A stretch of DNA of 64,000 nt. Source: Eledone cirrhosa. Taxonomy: Eukaryota. The stretch lies in assembly GCA_964016885.1 (NCBI GenBank), contig OZ024740.1:414098001-414162000 (forward strand), given 5' to 3'. Below are positions 27,435 through 39,114 of this stretch, in pieces; the stretch's first letter is position 1; each line of letters begins with the position of its first letter. The position numbers and the translations under genes are program-made. Under the pieces are notes generated by a model that did no database searches, was not told where the DNA came from, and was given only the letters and a program-made list of their open reading frames with translations.

Positions 27435-27923
27435 ATTAAAGGTGGAAAACTGGGAGAGGGCACTTGCCTTGGTGGTCAGGGTCACTGTGGCCTTTTACTG
27501 GGCTTTCTCCACAAATGTCCCTCCGAAGTCTCCCCCTATTGGGGAATTTTTCATTGTTATTTTTTGTTACATCCTCTGTTTTTGTTTTTTACACGCAGAA
27601 ATGCCCATTTGTACCGTCCTGTATTGTCCTGCCCTGTCCTTAATGTCTACTTTATGTAAACCCTTGTGGTTAATAAAGAAATCATTATTATTATTATTAT
27701 TATTATTGAATGCCATGGTTGACGGAGGCTCGGCTCTGTAAAGTATAGTAATTTTTAACCGTTAAAACAATTGTAAATTGTTTAAAACTTGAACCAAATT
27801 GTTGATAAAGACACCCTCCTCCTCGTGAGAGGGGTCTTTCTGTCCGTTATTTGGCCCTTCGGGGTTAAATAACCAGTTATTGGGGTTTTGTACCCAAAAT
27901 TTCATTTTAAACAAAAAAACAAC

Positions 27924-29985
27924 ATGGCTACGAAAAAGAAATTTCATACGTCACTCCCACTCATTCCGTCTTCTTCTTCCTCAATCATCACTACAGCAGA
28001 GAGAAGATTGTCTCTCTCCCTCCCTTCTTTAAATGTGTCTCTCTCCCTCCCTTCTCTTTCGCAAGCGACGAAAGAAAAGAAAAGTCTCGTGCAAAGCGTG
28101 CAAGGTTTCTCCACGACGACGACGACAGCGACGAAACAGGTGTGCGGGAAATACGAAAACCCAGTTCATTCGTCTGACGTCAGGAATAATAGCAGTAGCA
28201 GCCGTAATAACAACAGCAACAGTGACAATGAAAACAACAGTAGCAGCCGCAACAGCATCACCAGCAGCATAAACAACAACAGCATTAGCAGCAGCAACAC
28301 CAACAACAACCACAGCAACAGCGGCGGAGGCAGTAGTCGTAGTACCTGCAGCAACAACAAAAGTACCAGCAGCTCTGACGACAACAACAACAGCAGAGAA
28401 AAACCAATCTCATTTGCAGGTATTGCGAAAAACTTGGAAACAATCCTCATAACAAATGAGGAATTAGAGGAAGCGAAGAAGATGGTGACAAAGAACGGAC
28501 ACCGAGCAATCTGCAAGGCAGCGAAAAATTTTTTCGAAACCCAAGAGCACTGTACGGTCACGTACCGTACAGTAAGTACAAAATCCCGTAGGGTGGAAAG
28601 AGCCACAGAGGCCCAAATACAAAAAGCCTTGGGGTCTGTGTGGCAGCGGAAAACGCACATCACCCGAGGCAAAAAATATGCCACCGTAGACGTACTTTTT
28701 GCCACACCCCAGGAGGCAAAGGCCCAATCAGTAGTGACCCTAAGGAGCGAGGAAATGGTGTTGGTGCCCTCCTACTGTGGGCAAACTAACCCACGTCCCC
28801 CCCGGAATGACCCCTTCTTGGCTGGCCGCGTCTGTCCTCGTCGGAATCGAGGACAAAACAACTGTACTGCAAGTACAGAAAAAAGTAAGAGAAGATTGGG
28901 TCGGCTCCTCCATTGAGATGCTAATCCAAACCAACCAGGAGTGCATCGAAGCTATCCCGGATGTGATAGACTTCGATAACGGCACTCAACTGCCCATAAG
29001 TGTTGAGGGCAAACGCCCGAAATGCTTTCGCTGTGGATCGAAGACTCACCTCAGGGCCTTCTGCAACGAGAAGACCCTGAGAAAGGAGAAAACCCCCCTC
29101 CTTCCGAATCCGGCTCCACGGCTACCAGCAACAGGACAAGCGGCAACCAGGAACGATAGGTCCGTGGCACCCATACCCACTCCACGGAAATCAAAAACAG
29201 CAGCAGCAGTGGAAATATTAACAACAACAACAGCAATACCAAATGCAGCTGCAACAGAGACTCCAGTGCAAACATCACCAACAACAAGTGAAAGAGTGGA
29301 GCTGGTACCCCTCCCCGACCTCACAGAATCAGACATGGAGTGTGAGGTGGGAGAGGGATGGCAAAAGGTCGTAAGAAGGCACAAACGCAGAAGCAGCGCA
29401 TCGTCGCCTTTGAAAAGGGAGGAAAGAAATGAGAAAAGGGTAAAGTCTACTGCAAAGAGACCCACAGCAGCAACAACACCAACACCATCACCACCCACAC
29501 TAGCACCACCATCACCACCGCCAACAACACCTTTAACACCACCACCACAAGCACCAACATCGCAAACACAACAACAAAACACACACACCCAGCAACAACG
29601 ACAAGAAAATAGCAGAACCACACCCCACCCCCAGAAAAACAAATGCACGGCAATAAATACACACAACAAGAAACTAATGACTTACATAATTGAACACACA
29701 GACATTTCACAACAGGACTACATAATACCAGCACCAATCAAAACGCCAACTAACATAAGACTGCTAAAAATAGCACAGAAACAATACACAAATATTAAAA
29801 CGAAATTCCCCAACGCAGTTGGTGATTTCAGGGACCTAGGAGGAACCATCAATCGAAGAGTATACTCAGATATTCTCTTAGAAGAGCCGACGACCAGCCG
29901 AAGGGACGATTCAACGGTCCCTTCACCAGACGATCAAGTGAAAAGGGATGTAAAAACCATCCCTCCTCTACCAAAAGTACGGTAA
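27924..29985 (+). pseudogene. Tx1-type ORF1 with one 17-nt frameshifting deletion
   Basis: ORFs 27888-28916 and 28777-29985 join when the aaaaaattgtgagggtc segment present in copy 1 is restored near 28782. CCHC knuckle and Ser/Asn- and Pro/Thr-rich tracts. Confidence 0.8.
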
Positions 29986-30020
29986 GTGGTCTTTCCCATC
30001 TTTTCCACTCTATTTTAAAC

Positions 30021-33000
30021 ATGACCTCACTCAGAATAGGCAGCATAAATGCGCGTGGCTTGGGGTCGTCATGGAAGCAGGGTCACCTGCTCAACGACCT
30101 CAGGTCACTAAACATAGATGTAGTGGCCATCAGCGAGACCAGAATCTCCGAGGCACGGGCCTTCGCACCGATCTTCGGCGGCTACGATGTGTACGCATCT
30201 CCCAGCCGTCCTGGATCCGGTGGAGGAGTTGCTGTGCTTTTTCGGAGAGGTTTGGATCTCGCCATACGGGCCATCTTCCTGGACCCAGAGGGTAAGCTGG
30301 TGCTGCTGGACGTGACCAGCGGAGACGGGCAAGCTTTCAGGCTAGTGGCCGTCTATGCCCCGACAGGAGCAGGGCGGCCTGATTTCTTCCGGCGTCTGGA
30401 GACCTTTCTTGGAACGTCCCGCTCTTTAGTGTTAGTGGGCGACTGGAACGGGATCTTAGATGCACGCTGGGACTGTGTGGGATTAGCGGATAGGGGTGGA
30501 GGGTGCAAGAGCCTCACCAACCTGCTCAGGCGTTTTGAACTGTCTGACAGGTACCGATTGGATTTCCCGAATGTGCCAATGTGGACTTGGACAAACCGCA
30601 TAGGGTCATCCAGATCATATCTAGATAGAGTATTTTGTAGGGAAATAGATAGGTCTAGCATAGGCTGTCCACAATTCAAGATAGTCAGCTACACGGACCA
30701 CAAATTCGTGACCTGTGTGCTTGACTTAGATAGGCTTCATAGACGAGGACCCGGCTACTGGAAGCTAAACGCGTCCTTACCAGCGCGCAAGGCCTACAGA
30801 GACCGGATTAGCGAACTAGTTAAACGGGCGTTGACGGGGGCCATCGTCAACAACAAGTGGTGGTTTGCTCTGAAAAGAGCAATTAGAATAGAGTCCATTA
30901 GGTTTAGTAAGACTTTAGCAATAGAGAAAAATAGAGCAGAGGGAGAATTAGTTAGAAAATTAAACGAGGCGCTTAGCAAAGGCATTGCGACCGACGTGCT
31001 TGCGGCGAAATTGGCCCTTGACCAATTCTTCAATGCAAAGCACGAAGGCTGCGTTGTCAGAGCAAGGGTGCGTGCTCTCAGACACGAGGGGACGAAAGCC
31101 GTTCAATGGGCCCGAGTGGCGGAGGCGCGTCGTGGCAACAAAGCCACGATCCGGTCTTTGGTGGACCACGACGGGCGCATGCTACTCGATCCCGGGCAAA
31201 TGTGTGAAGCTTTTCAGCGACACTTCGCTCAGCTGTTCGGGGGCAGCGGTGGGCCGGGTAGAGGGATGGACTTTAGTGTCTACCTCGACGGACTGCCGCG
31301 GCTCTCGGCCACTGAGGCGAAGTGTTGCGAAAAGCCGATAACAGCCGCTGAAGTAAGGGAGGCAATGACTGGCTGCACAAGGGGTAAATCGCCTGGTTTG
31401 GATGGTCTGCCCTATGAACTTTACGTACAGATGCCAGACTTGTTCGGAGGCCTCTTGGCGGACGTCTACTGCAACTGGCAACAGAACGGGAGAATTCCCA
31501 GTTCTGTGAGCCGAGGAGCGGTGGCACTGCTGAGAAAGGATCCGAACAAGGGGGATAACATAGACAATTTCCGGCCCATAACTCTGCTAAACACAGAGTT
31601 TAAGATTTTGGCCAAGGTGCTAGCAAAGAGGTTGGCGCTTGTCGTTGGTGGTCTGGTGGGAGAGGCGCAGACATGCGCCATTCCCGACAGATCCATCCAC
31701 GACAACCTCCACCTCATGCGATACATCGTAGAGAGGGTAGCTAGGGAACCTGGCACGGGTGGGTCCTTGATCAATTTAGATCAGTCGAAAGCTTTCGATA
31801 GGGTCGACCATCGTTACCTAGCGGCAGTCCTGAGGGCGGCTGGCTTTGGGCCCGTCTTCAGAGGCTGGATCGCTGCCATGCACAGCGACATCTGCTCTGT
31901 GGTGAGAGTGAACGGTCACCTGTCGGAACCGTTCAACATCATGCGCTCGGTCCGCCAAGGATGTCCCCTCTCGTCCCTCTTGTACGTATTGACGCTCGAG
32001 CCATTACTGCACAAACTGGAGACGTTGAGGGGAGTCCCGCGCGAACTAGGATGCGGAAGATCCGTGTCAGCATATGCGGACGATGTCACCGTAGTGGTGT
32101 CGAACGCCAAACACATCGAGGCGATCGGCACTACACTAAGAGAATACGAAGCGGTGACAGGAGCAATGATCAACCAGGAAAAGTCAGTGGGCCTGCAGCT
32201 CGGCACCTGGAGAGGCAGGTCCATGCCGTCCAACAGCGTCGTCGGGCGCTGGACGGACGGACCGGTTAAATTGCTAGGGGTCTGGTTCGGTCCGGACCTC
32301 CAGACGGACAAAAACTGGGACGAGGTGACGAGCAGGGTGGCTTCTCTCACCCAGAAATGGGCGGAGAGGAAGCTATCCCTGAAAGGTCGAGCGGAGGTGG
32401 CTAACGCGTACATCGCGTCTGTCATCTGCTACCGCCTAACCGTCGTACCTTGTCCTAAGCCTCGCCTGACTGCGCTGGAGCGTTTGCTCTTTCGCTTTTT
32501 GTGGAAGGGACGTGCTCCGATGGTCAGGCGGTCCATCTGTTGTCAACACCCGCTACGTGGAGGGCTGGGCATGCCGTGGCTGATGATGCGCAGGCACGCG
32601 CTCAGGCTACGACATCTCCACCTCTTCCTCGACGGTGATCAGGTGTGGTCGCCGTTTGCTAGACGCGTTTTTCCCCAGCTCGTTTCCTTGACGGAGCTGC
32701 AGTCCTGGGTCAAGCGAAGACCGAGAGGGAGCGCCTGGAGACTGGAATGTCTTCAGGCGCTCACAGCCCTCGACCAATCGGGCAATGTGATCGGTGGAAA
32801 CTCCACCTCGGCGTTCTATAGAGGATTAGTGGAGGGGAAGAGCGACGACGTACTTGGGGAAACTCTAGGCGTCGACGAAAATCAACTAGCCAATCTCTTC
32901 GGAAGAACTTTCGGGCCAGGGCCTATGGACAACTTCCAGAAATCTCTGGCCTGGCAGTGCTACCGAGGAGCCTTGCCAGTTCGGGATAAACTCTACAGGC

Positions 33001-33440
33001 ATGGAGGTGCCGTCAGCCGGGCATGTCCGAGATGCGCGCAGGGCGACGAAACCGTCCTGCACGCACTCGTCCAGTGTCCGAAAATTGCTGACTTGTGGGT
33101 TTATGTCGAACACCTGCTGTCGCGTTTAGGACGGATCGAGCTATCATCTGAGTCTATCGTGAGGATTGCCCCGCCCTCCTCCTTTAGCCGGGAAGGGCAG
33201 GCAGTTTTTATCTGTCTGGTGGCCATGGCGAAAGAGATAGTATGGTGGACACGTTTGAAAGGGCTGAAGACGAGCACTTACCTCTTCGGTGATGCTCTGA
33301 TTGACTTTTTCAAATTTCATTTGAAAAGGAAAATCAGAGTAGAGAAGGAAGTGCTCTCTTCCCAGCATTTTGTTGAAAGATGGGTGAGAGAAGCAAGAAT
33401 GGCCCGAGTGAATGGGCCGACTCTGAGTATATATCTGTAA
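30021..33440 (+). CDS. Intact LINE ORF2: APE endonuclease, reverse transcriptase, C-terminal CCHC (L1/Tx1 clade), 1139 aa
   Basis: SINARGL, SETR, VYAP, GDWN, YLDR, TDH, GYWKLN, KSPGLDG, FRPITLLN, DQSKAFDRV, QGCPLS, YADD, CPRC....ETVLHALVQC; no stop codons. Confidence 0.95.
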   Translation: MTSLRIGSINARGLGSSWKQGHLLNDLRSLNIDVVAISETRISEARAFAPIFGGYDVYASPSRPGSGGGVAVLFRRGLDLAIRAIFLDPEGKLVLLDVTSGDGQAFRLVAVYAPTGAGRPDFFRRLETFLGTSRSLVLVGDWNGILDARWDCVGLADRGGGCKSLTNLLRRFELSDRYRLDFPNVPMWTWTNRIGSSRSYLDRVFCREIDRSSIGCPQFKIVSYTDHKFVTCVLDLDRLHRRGPGYWKLNASLPARKAYRDRISELVKRALTGAIVNNKWWFALKRAIRIESIRFSKTLAIEKNRAEGELVRKLNEALSKGIATDVLAAKLALDQFFNAKHEGCVVRARVRALRHEGTKAVQWARVAEARRGNKATIRSLVDHDGRMLLDPGQMCEAFQRHFAQLFGGSGGPGRGMDFSVYLDGLPRLSATEAKCCEKPITAAEVREAMTGCTRGKSPGLDGLPYELYVQMPDLFGGLLADVYCNWQQNGRIPSSVSRGAVALLRKDPNKGDNIDNFRPITLLNTEFKILAKVLAKRLALVVGGLVGEAQTCAIPDRSIHDNLHLMRYIVERVAREPGTGGSLINLDQSKAFDRVDHRYLAAVLRAAGFGPVFRGWIAAMHSDICSVVRVNGHLSEPFNIMRSVRQGCPLSSLLYVLTLEPLLHKLETLRGVPRELGCGRSVSAYADDVTVVVSNAKHIEAIGTTLREYEAVTGAMINQEKSVGLQLGTWRGRSMPSNSVVGRWTDGPVKLLGVWFGPDLQTDKNWDEVTSRVASLTQKWAERKLSLKGRAEVANAYIASVICYRLTVVPCPKPRLTALERLLFRFLWKGRAPMVRRSICCQHPLRGGLGMPWLMMRRHALRLRHLHLFLDGDQVWSPFARRVFPQLVSLTELQSWVKRRPRGSAWRLECLQALTALDQSGNVIGGNSTSAFYRGLVEGKSDDVLGETLGVDENQLANLFGRTFGPGPMDNFQKSLAWQCYRGALPVRDKLYRHGGAVSRACPRCAQGDETVLHALVQCPKIADLWVYVEHLLSRLGRIELSSESIVRIAPPSSFSREGQAVFICLVAMAKEIVWWTRLKGLKTSTYLFGDALIDFFKFHLKRKIRVEKEVLSSQHFVERWVREARMARVNGPTLSIYL

Positions 33441-33699
33441 ACTAAAGGTGGAAAACTGGGAGAGGGCACTTGCCTTGGTGGTCAGGGTCATTGTGGCTTT
33501 TTACTGGGCTTTCTCCACAAATGTCCCTCCGAAGTCTCCCCCCTATTGGGGAATTTTTCATTGTTATTTTCATTGTTATTTTTGTTACATCCTCTGTTTT
33601 TGTTTTTTTACACGCAGAAATGCCCATTTGTACCGTCCTGCATTGTCCTGCACTGTCCTTAATGTCTACTTTATGTAAACCTTGTGGTTAATAAAGAAA

Positions 33700-33737
<38 letters not shown>

Positions 33738-33775
33738 GTTACTATTGTTATTACCTTTTTTTTCCCCCAATTCAA

Positions 33776-36700
33776 TGATGTTCCAAAACAATATAAAAGA
33801 GATAATTGGCAATAAAGGTTCTGGAACAAAAAAGATAATTGGCAATAAGGGCAGGGGCCCCAGGTTATCACAGCTTGGGCCCGCTCGTCATCGTGCCACT
33901 GTAATAGAGCCAAACAAGGCATTTAGTCTTGGCTGCTGGAACGTACGGACGCTGCTTGACAGGGATTCCTTGGGGCGTCTTAAACGAAGGACCGCTCTTG
34001 TTGCAAAGGAGATTCGACGTTACGATATTGACATCGTGGCTTTATCTGAGACTAGGTTAGCTGGAGATGGTCAGCTTACAGAATTTTGTGGAGAATATAC
34101 ATTCTTCTGGAAAGGAAGAGATTTGGAACCAGAAGAGAGGCTGGGGTAGCATTTGCTGTTAAAACTGTTCTTGTGAATAAATTAGAAGAATTCCCAGTAG
34201 GGATTAGTGAGCGTCTTATGTCCATGAGAATTCCGCTGGACAAAGGAAGATATGCGACCCTGGTGAGTGTGTATGCTCCATCTATGAATTCTGTCGATGA
34301 AGAAAAAATGTTCTTTTACCATGCCTTGAAAGGTGTTTTAAGAAATATCCCTCAGGCAGACAAAGTCATCGTGCATGGTGACTTTAATGCTAGAGTGGGT
34401 AGGCATTTTAACACATGGAATGTAATCGGAAGGCATGGAGCGGGAAAGTGTAACAACAATGGTATGCTCCTGCTGCAGATGTGTGAGGAGCTGCATCTGT
34501 GTGTTGCCAACACCATGTTCCAACAAAAGAACAAATTCAAGACCACATGGATTCATCCTGCAACTAAGGAATGGCATCTTTTGGACTACGTCCTAGTCAG
34601 GATGCGTGATAGACAGGATATGCAGTGTGTTCGTGCTCTTCGTGGAGCTGAGTGCTGGACGCGCAAAAGTGAAACTAATCACTAAACGTAAAATCCGGGC
34701 TCCTGGTGTTGCCCTGCCCAGAAGATTGAATGTTGCTCGTCTTAAGGATAAAAATGGATAAAAGAGGACATTGCAAGAAGAGATGCAGGTTGCAGATCTT
34801 GGTGAGGATTGGCCGACCCTTAAAAAGCCGGTTTATGATGTAGGCAGGCGTGTTCTGGGATTGGTGCAGAGAAAACATCAGGACTGGTTTAATGAGAATG
34901 ATGTACATATAGAAGACTTGTTGGCTGATAAGAGACGTGCTCTGTCACGCTACTTGACGGCAAAACCACAGTAGAAGAATACGTTGCATGAGGAACTCAA
35001 GGATGTGAAATCACGTGTTAGGCGGAGTCTTTCTCAGATGAAGGATCAGTGGTGGAGTGAGAAGGCTGATGAGATACAAACTGCGTCAGATTCCAATAAC
35101 ACAAAGCTGTTGTACAGTCTCTTGCGTGAAGTTTATGAACCGTCTTCTTCTCTGGTGACACCGCTTCGCAGCAAGGATGGCAAAGAACTTCTTCGTGACT
35201 CACAAGAAATTCTACGAAGGTGGCGAGAGCACTTTGATGATATTTTGAATCAGCCGTCTGTCGTCAGTGAAGATTTCCTCAATCTCATTCCAGAAAGTCC
35301 TGTGAAAGTAGCTCTCGCAGAACCTCCGACGCTTGTGGAGGTTGCAGTGGCTATCTCGAAGCTGAATAGTGGAAAGTCTCCAGGTATGGATGGTATACAT
35401 GCTGAGCTCCTACAATATGGTGGTGAGATACTCCTGCAACATCTTCACACTTTGTTTGGCAGGATATGGGCTAATGAATCCGTACCTGAGGACTGGAGAG
35501 ATGCAGTAATTGTGGTCTTGTACAAGGGAAAGGGTAACAGGAATGATTGTGGGAACTACAGAAGTATATCATTGCTTTCTGTCGTAGGAAAAGTTTTATG
35601 TAGGGTGCTTCTGGACCGTCTGCTGACATACATTGCAGATTGTGTTCTTCCTGAAAGTCAATCTGCTTTTCCTGCTGGACGCGTCACTACTGATATGATC
35701 CGCTCAGCTAGACAGCTCCAGGATAAGTGCATGGAACAAGGTTTGTATCTGTATCAGGTTTTTGTCGATCTGACAAAAGCTTTCGATATTGTTAACAGAA
35801 ATGCATTATGGACTGTTTGCCATATACTTTGCAATGGTTTTCTGTATTGCATTCAGGAATTGCGAGCATGCTGTTTACATCCGATATCGAACCTCAGGCA
35901 GCATATTTAACATCAGGCGCTTTGCTGCAAAGACAAAAGTATTTACATCAATCATAAGAGACCTCTTTTATGCAGATGATTGCGATCTTGTAGCGCACAC
36001 AGAGAGTGATATGCAGCACATTTTGAATGCATTTTCTGATGCTTCCACTGCCCTAGGATTGACTGTAAGTCTCAAGAAAACCATCGTCATGTACCAACCT
36101 GCCCCTAGTAAGCAGTACAGTGAACCAAATATCTATGTGTATGGTAAACGACTTGGAGTGGTTGATCAGTTTGTCTACCTGGGAAGCACTGTCAATCGAT
36201 ACAGCAACCTTGATAATGAAATCCCACTCAGGATTAGGAAAGCAAGTGATGCTTTTGGAAAGCTAGAAAGGCGACTCTGGGGTCGGCGAGACATATGCAA
36301 GAAGACAAAGGTAAAGGTGTACCAGGCATGTGTGCTCTCTTATCTTCTTTATGCCTGCGAGACCTGGGTCACATATCGACACAACCTTAAGCAATTGGAG
36401 CGTTTCCATCAGATGTGTCTCAGACGGATCCATGGTGTTCACTGGAGGGACCACATCAGTGATGTCGAGATTTTGGAAAGCTCTATGTGTGACAGTATAG
36501 AATCTCTTGTGCTTAAGCAACGACTCCGTTGGAGTGGTCACCTTGCCAGGATGAAGGATTCTAGAATACCAAAACAACTCTTTTATGAAGAGTTAGTTAA
36601 AGGAAAACGACCGCCACATAAACCAAAAAAGAAGTATAAGGATTCCTTGAAAGCCTCTTTGAAAGACGCTAACATCTCTGCTGATACATGGGAAAATATT

Positions 36701-37150
36701 GTTGCTGATCGTAATAAATGGAGAAAGACTGTATATGAGGGAAAAGTTGCCTTTGAGGCATCTCGAATCGCATACGAGAAAGTAAAGCGGGATGTGAGGT
36801 AGGGCATTGCTGTTGCACTTCCAGACGGCGAGGGTTCTCCTATGGTGCTGACATGCAGCGTCTGTGCGAGACTCTGCCTAAGCAAAGCTGGACTCGAAAG
36901 TCATCTTCGCAGTCATAAAGTAAGACCAGTGGTTTACTACCAGGCTGATGTTGGAGATGCTACTCACCATGCTTGCCAAGCATGTGGTAGAGAATGTAAA
37001 TCAGCAGGAGAGCTCAAACGACATGCAAAAGTACATGAACTCCAAACACAGCCGGCTATTCCCAGTGAATGTTTTGGTTGCCGACTCTGTACAAGACATT
37101 TTAGATCATTGGCTGGGCTAAAAAGCCACATTCGATCGCAGCGCTGTTAA
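33776..37150 (+). pseudogene. RTE ORF: APE + RT + three C-terminal C2H2-type fingers (disrupted)
   Basis: WNVRTL, LSETR, GDFNARVG, KSPGMDGI, NYRSISLL, DLTKAFD, LFYADD, LLYACETW, LRWSGHL.RM; several stops, frameshifts and deletions. Confidence 0.9.
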
Positions 37151-39082
37151 TTGCTCTCGTGTGTGTGTGTGTATAGATGTGTTTGTGTGTTTGCGTGTGT
37201 GTGTATATATATATATATATGTATATTATTATTGTTGTTGTTATCGTTTTATTATTGTTGTTATTATTATTATTATTGTTATTAATTTTTTTTCTCGTGC
37301 AATGGCCATACTCGATAACGAGAGGGCAGCCATCATGTATGTATGTATGGATCAAATTAGACAAAACAAAAAATTTCCGATCTTCAGCCATCCGTTCTTA
37401 GCCTTTCTAAGCTTTCTTTTATATCAACCACTGTGACTATATCTATCCTCACTGATCTCTCCATTATTTCGCCTGAATTCTCTTCCCTTCTTTACCCATA
37501 CCTCCATCTTCTGTCACAGACAATCGTACTTCTCTAGCCATAAAGCCACATATCTTCGATTTGGTGATGTGTTCCTTCATGCCTCGTCCTTCCTCCAGTT
37601 TAATAGTTAGCTTCATTATTTATGAGAGTTTCCATGCTTCACTTTTTAACTAATTCGTCTAAGTTAACGCTCTACATTTTTCTTTGTTTCTTTTCTGTTA
37701 ATTGTTTGATGTAATTTAAATATCATATTCCATCCTGTTTGGTTTTCGTTCCTGAGAATTGACGAATCAAATTTGCCTCGTCATTCCCCATTTACCCTGT
37801 TTAATTGTTAACAGCTTCCGTGATAATTTTCCTAGTGGCTGGAGTATATTCTGAGCATTAGCAGATACCATCATAGATACCAAAAATTCGGACTTTTTTT
37901 ATATTTTTGATGTCCTAAGACATCCATGTTTAGAATGGATGGCTGAAGATCGGAAATAAATTTATTGTATTTATTGTCAAAATACTACAGAATTTTACAA
38001 TGTAACAATATATTCTCGTGTAAAAGAAGACCTATTTTATCCAAAGAGTCTGTAATTTTCAAAATAGATCTTTACGTATAGCAGTTCAACATTTGTCAGT
38101 TAAAGACTGTTTCATACAGAAATACTTTTTCCGTTCCAGCTTTTTATCGGTGTGTGTTTTAAAGTACAATTCACATAAACGGTAGGTTACATATTCCTTA
38201 AAGTTCAATATCCAGCAAGTACTATTATTAGTATGATACCAAGTATATCGCACCATTATTTTGTTTACCAGCTAGCCTATATACATTAACTTCTATATAA
38301 TTACCATATCCCAGAATTACTGTAATTTACTGTGAATTTATGAACACCTTAGCATCCATCCCCCTTTTTGTTTCTAGAGTTAGTGTTAATTTTTTCATGT
38401 TGGTTTCATATTTTATAGTCTTAAGTTGCATTGAATTAATTGAAAATATAAATACAGAACTAAATTGGTAGTGCCTAATCTTGTCATTAAGAGAACGAAA
38501 ACGTTCTCGATGGAGATCATCTTTTGCCTGGAGAGTAAATGGTGTTGTCTTGCTATGTATTTTATCAATTTTGGTATTTAAAGCCTTAAGCATTATTAAT
38601 TTAATTAAAACTAAATACAGCACTGACATAGTGCACGTGTGAGGACTATGATTTTAACTATGAGTATGACAGTAATGTGGCTGGACAGTTGTAATCCACA
38701 CCGAGTAAGCGGTGTTGATTACACAGACGGCCCAGCAACTACCGGGTATGTAATATTACGGTAGGGTGATAGGAGTAAAAGAGCAAGTGTCTTTATATAT
38801 GATTGTCGTTACTTATTAGGAGATGTGGTCTGATGTGTAAAATCGGCATTATAGCTGTAATTTAAAGCGTGTGTATGTGTGTGTGTGTGTGAGTATGTGT
38901 GTGCGCGCGCGCTTCGATTTGAAGGCATCTAGCTTCTACTTTTCTGCTTCTGATACGGCATTTTGAATTTTAGCCTAAATTACAGCCTAAATCTGTATAT
39001 ACATATATATATATATAATCATCATCATCATCATCACCGTTTTACGTCCGTTCTTCCACGCTAGCATGGGTTAGACGTATAT

Positions 39083-39114
<32 letters not shown>

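Larger units (their letters stand above)
23336..27683 (+). mobile_element. L1/Tx1-type LINE copy 1 (internally deleted)
   Basis: Starts gaatgctatggttgacggagg after (ATT)n and ends aataaagaaatc before (ATT)n. Highly similar to copy 2. Confidence 0.9.
27708..33701 (+). mobile_element. L1/Tx1-type LINE copy 2 (full length, ~6.0 kb)
   Basis: 5' UTR, ORF1, ORF2, 3' UTR and AATAAA, flanked on both sides by (ATT)n. Confidence 0.92.
23087..37349 (+). mobile_element. RTE-clade LINE (degenerate) split by Tx1-type insertions
   Basis: The 5' UTR (23087-23335) and 3' tail (tcgtgcaatggccatactcgataacgag..., 37295-37349) are joined in the short derivative at 47292-47567. The body resumes at 33702. Confidence 0.75.

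Noticed and set aside
23657-33491. Antisense and alternate-frame ORFs over the Tx1-type LINEs (poly-Leu, poly-Val)
   Set aside because: They are shadows of the GC-rich or trinucleotide-repeat sense ORFs and have no independent motifs.
37935-37970. ctgaaga-tcg-gaaa-taaattta hammerhead-like string
   Set aside because: There is no room for stem II and no stem I complement.
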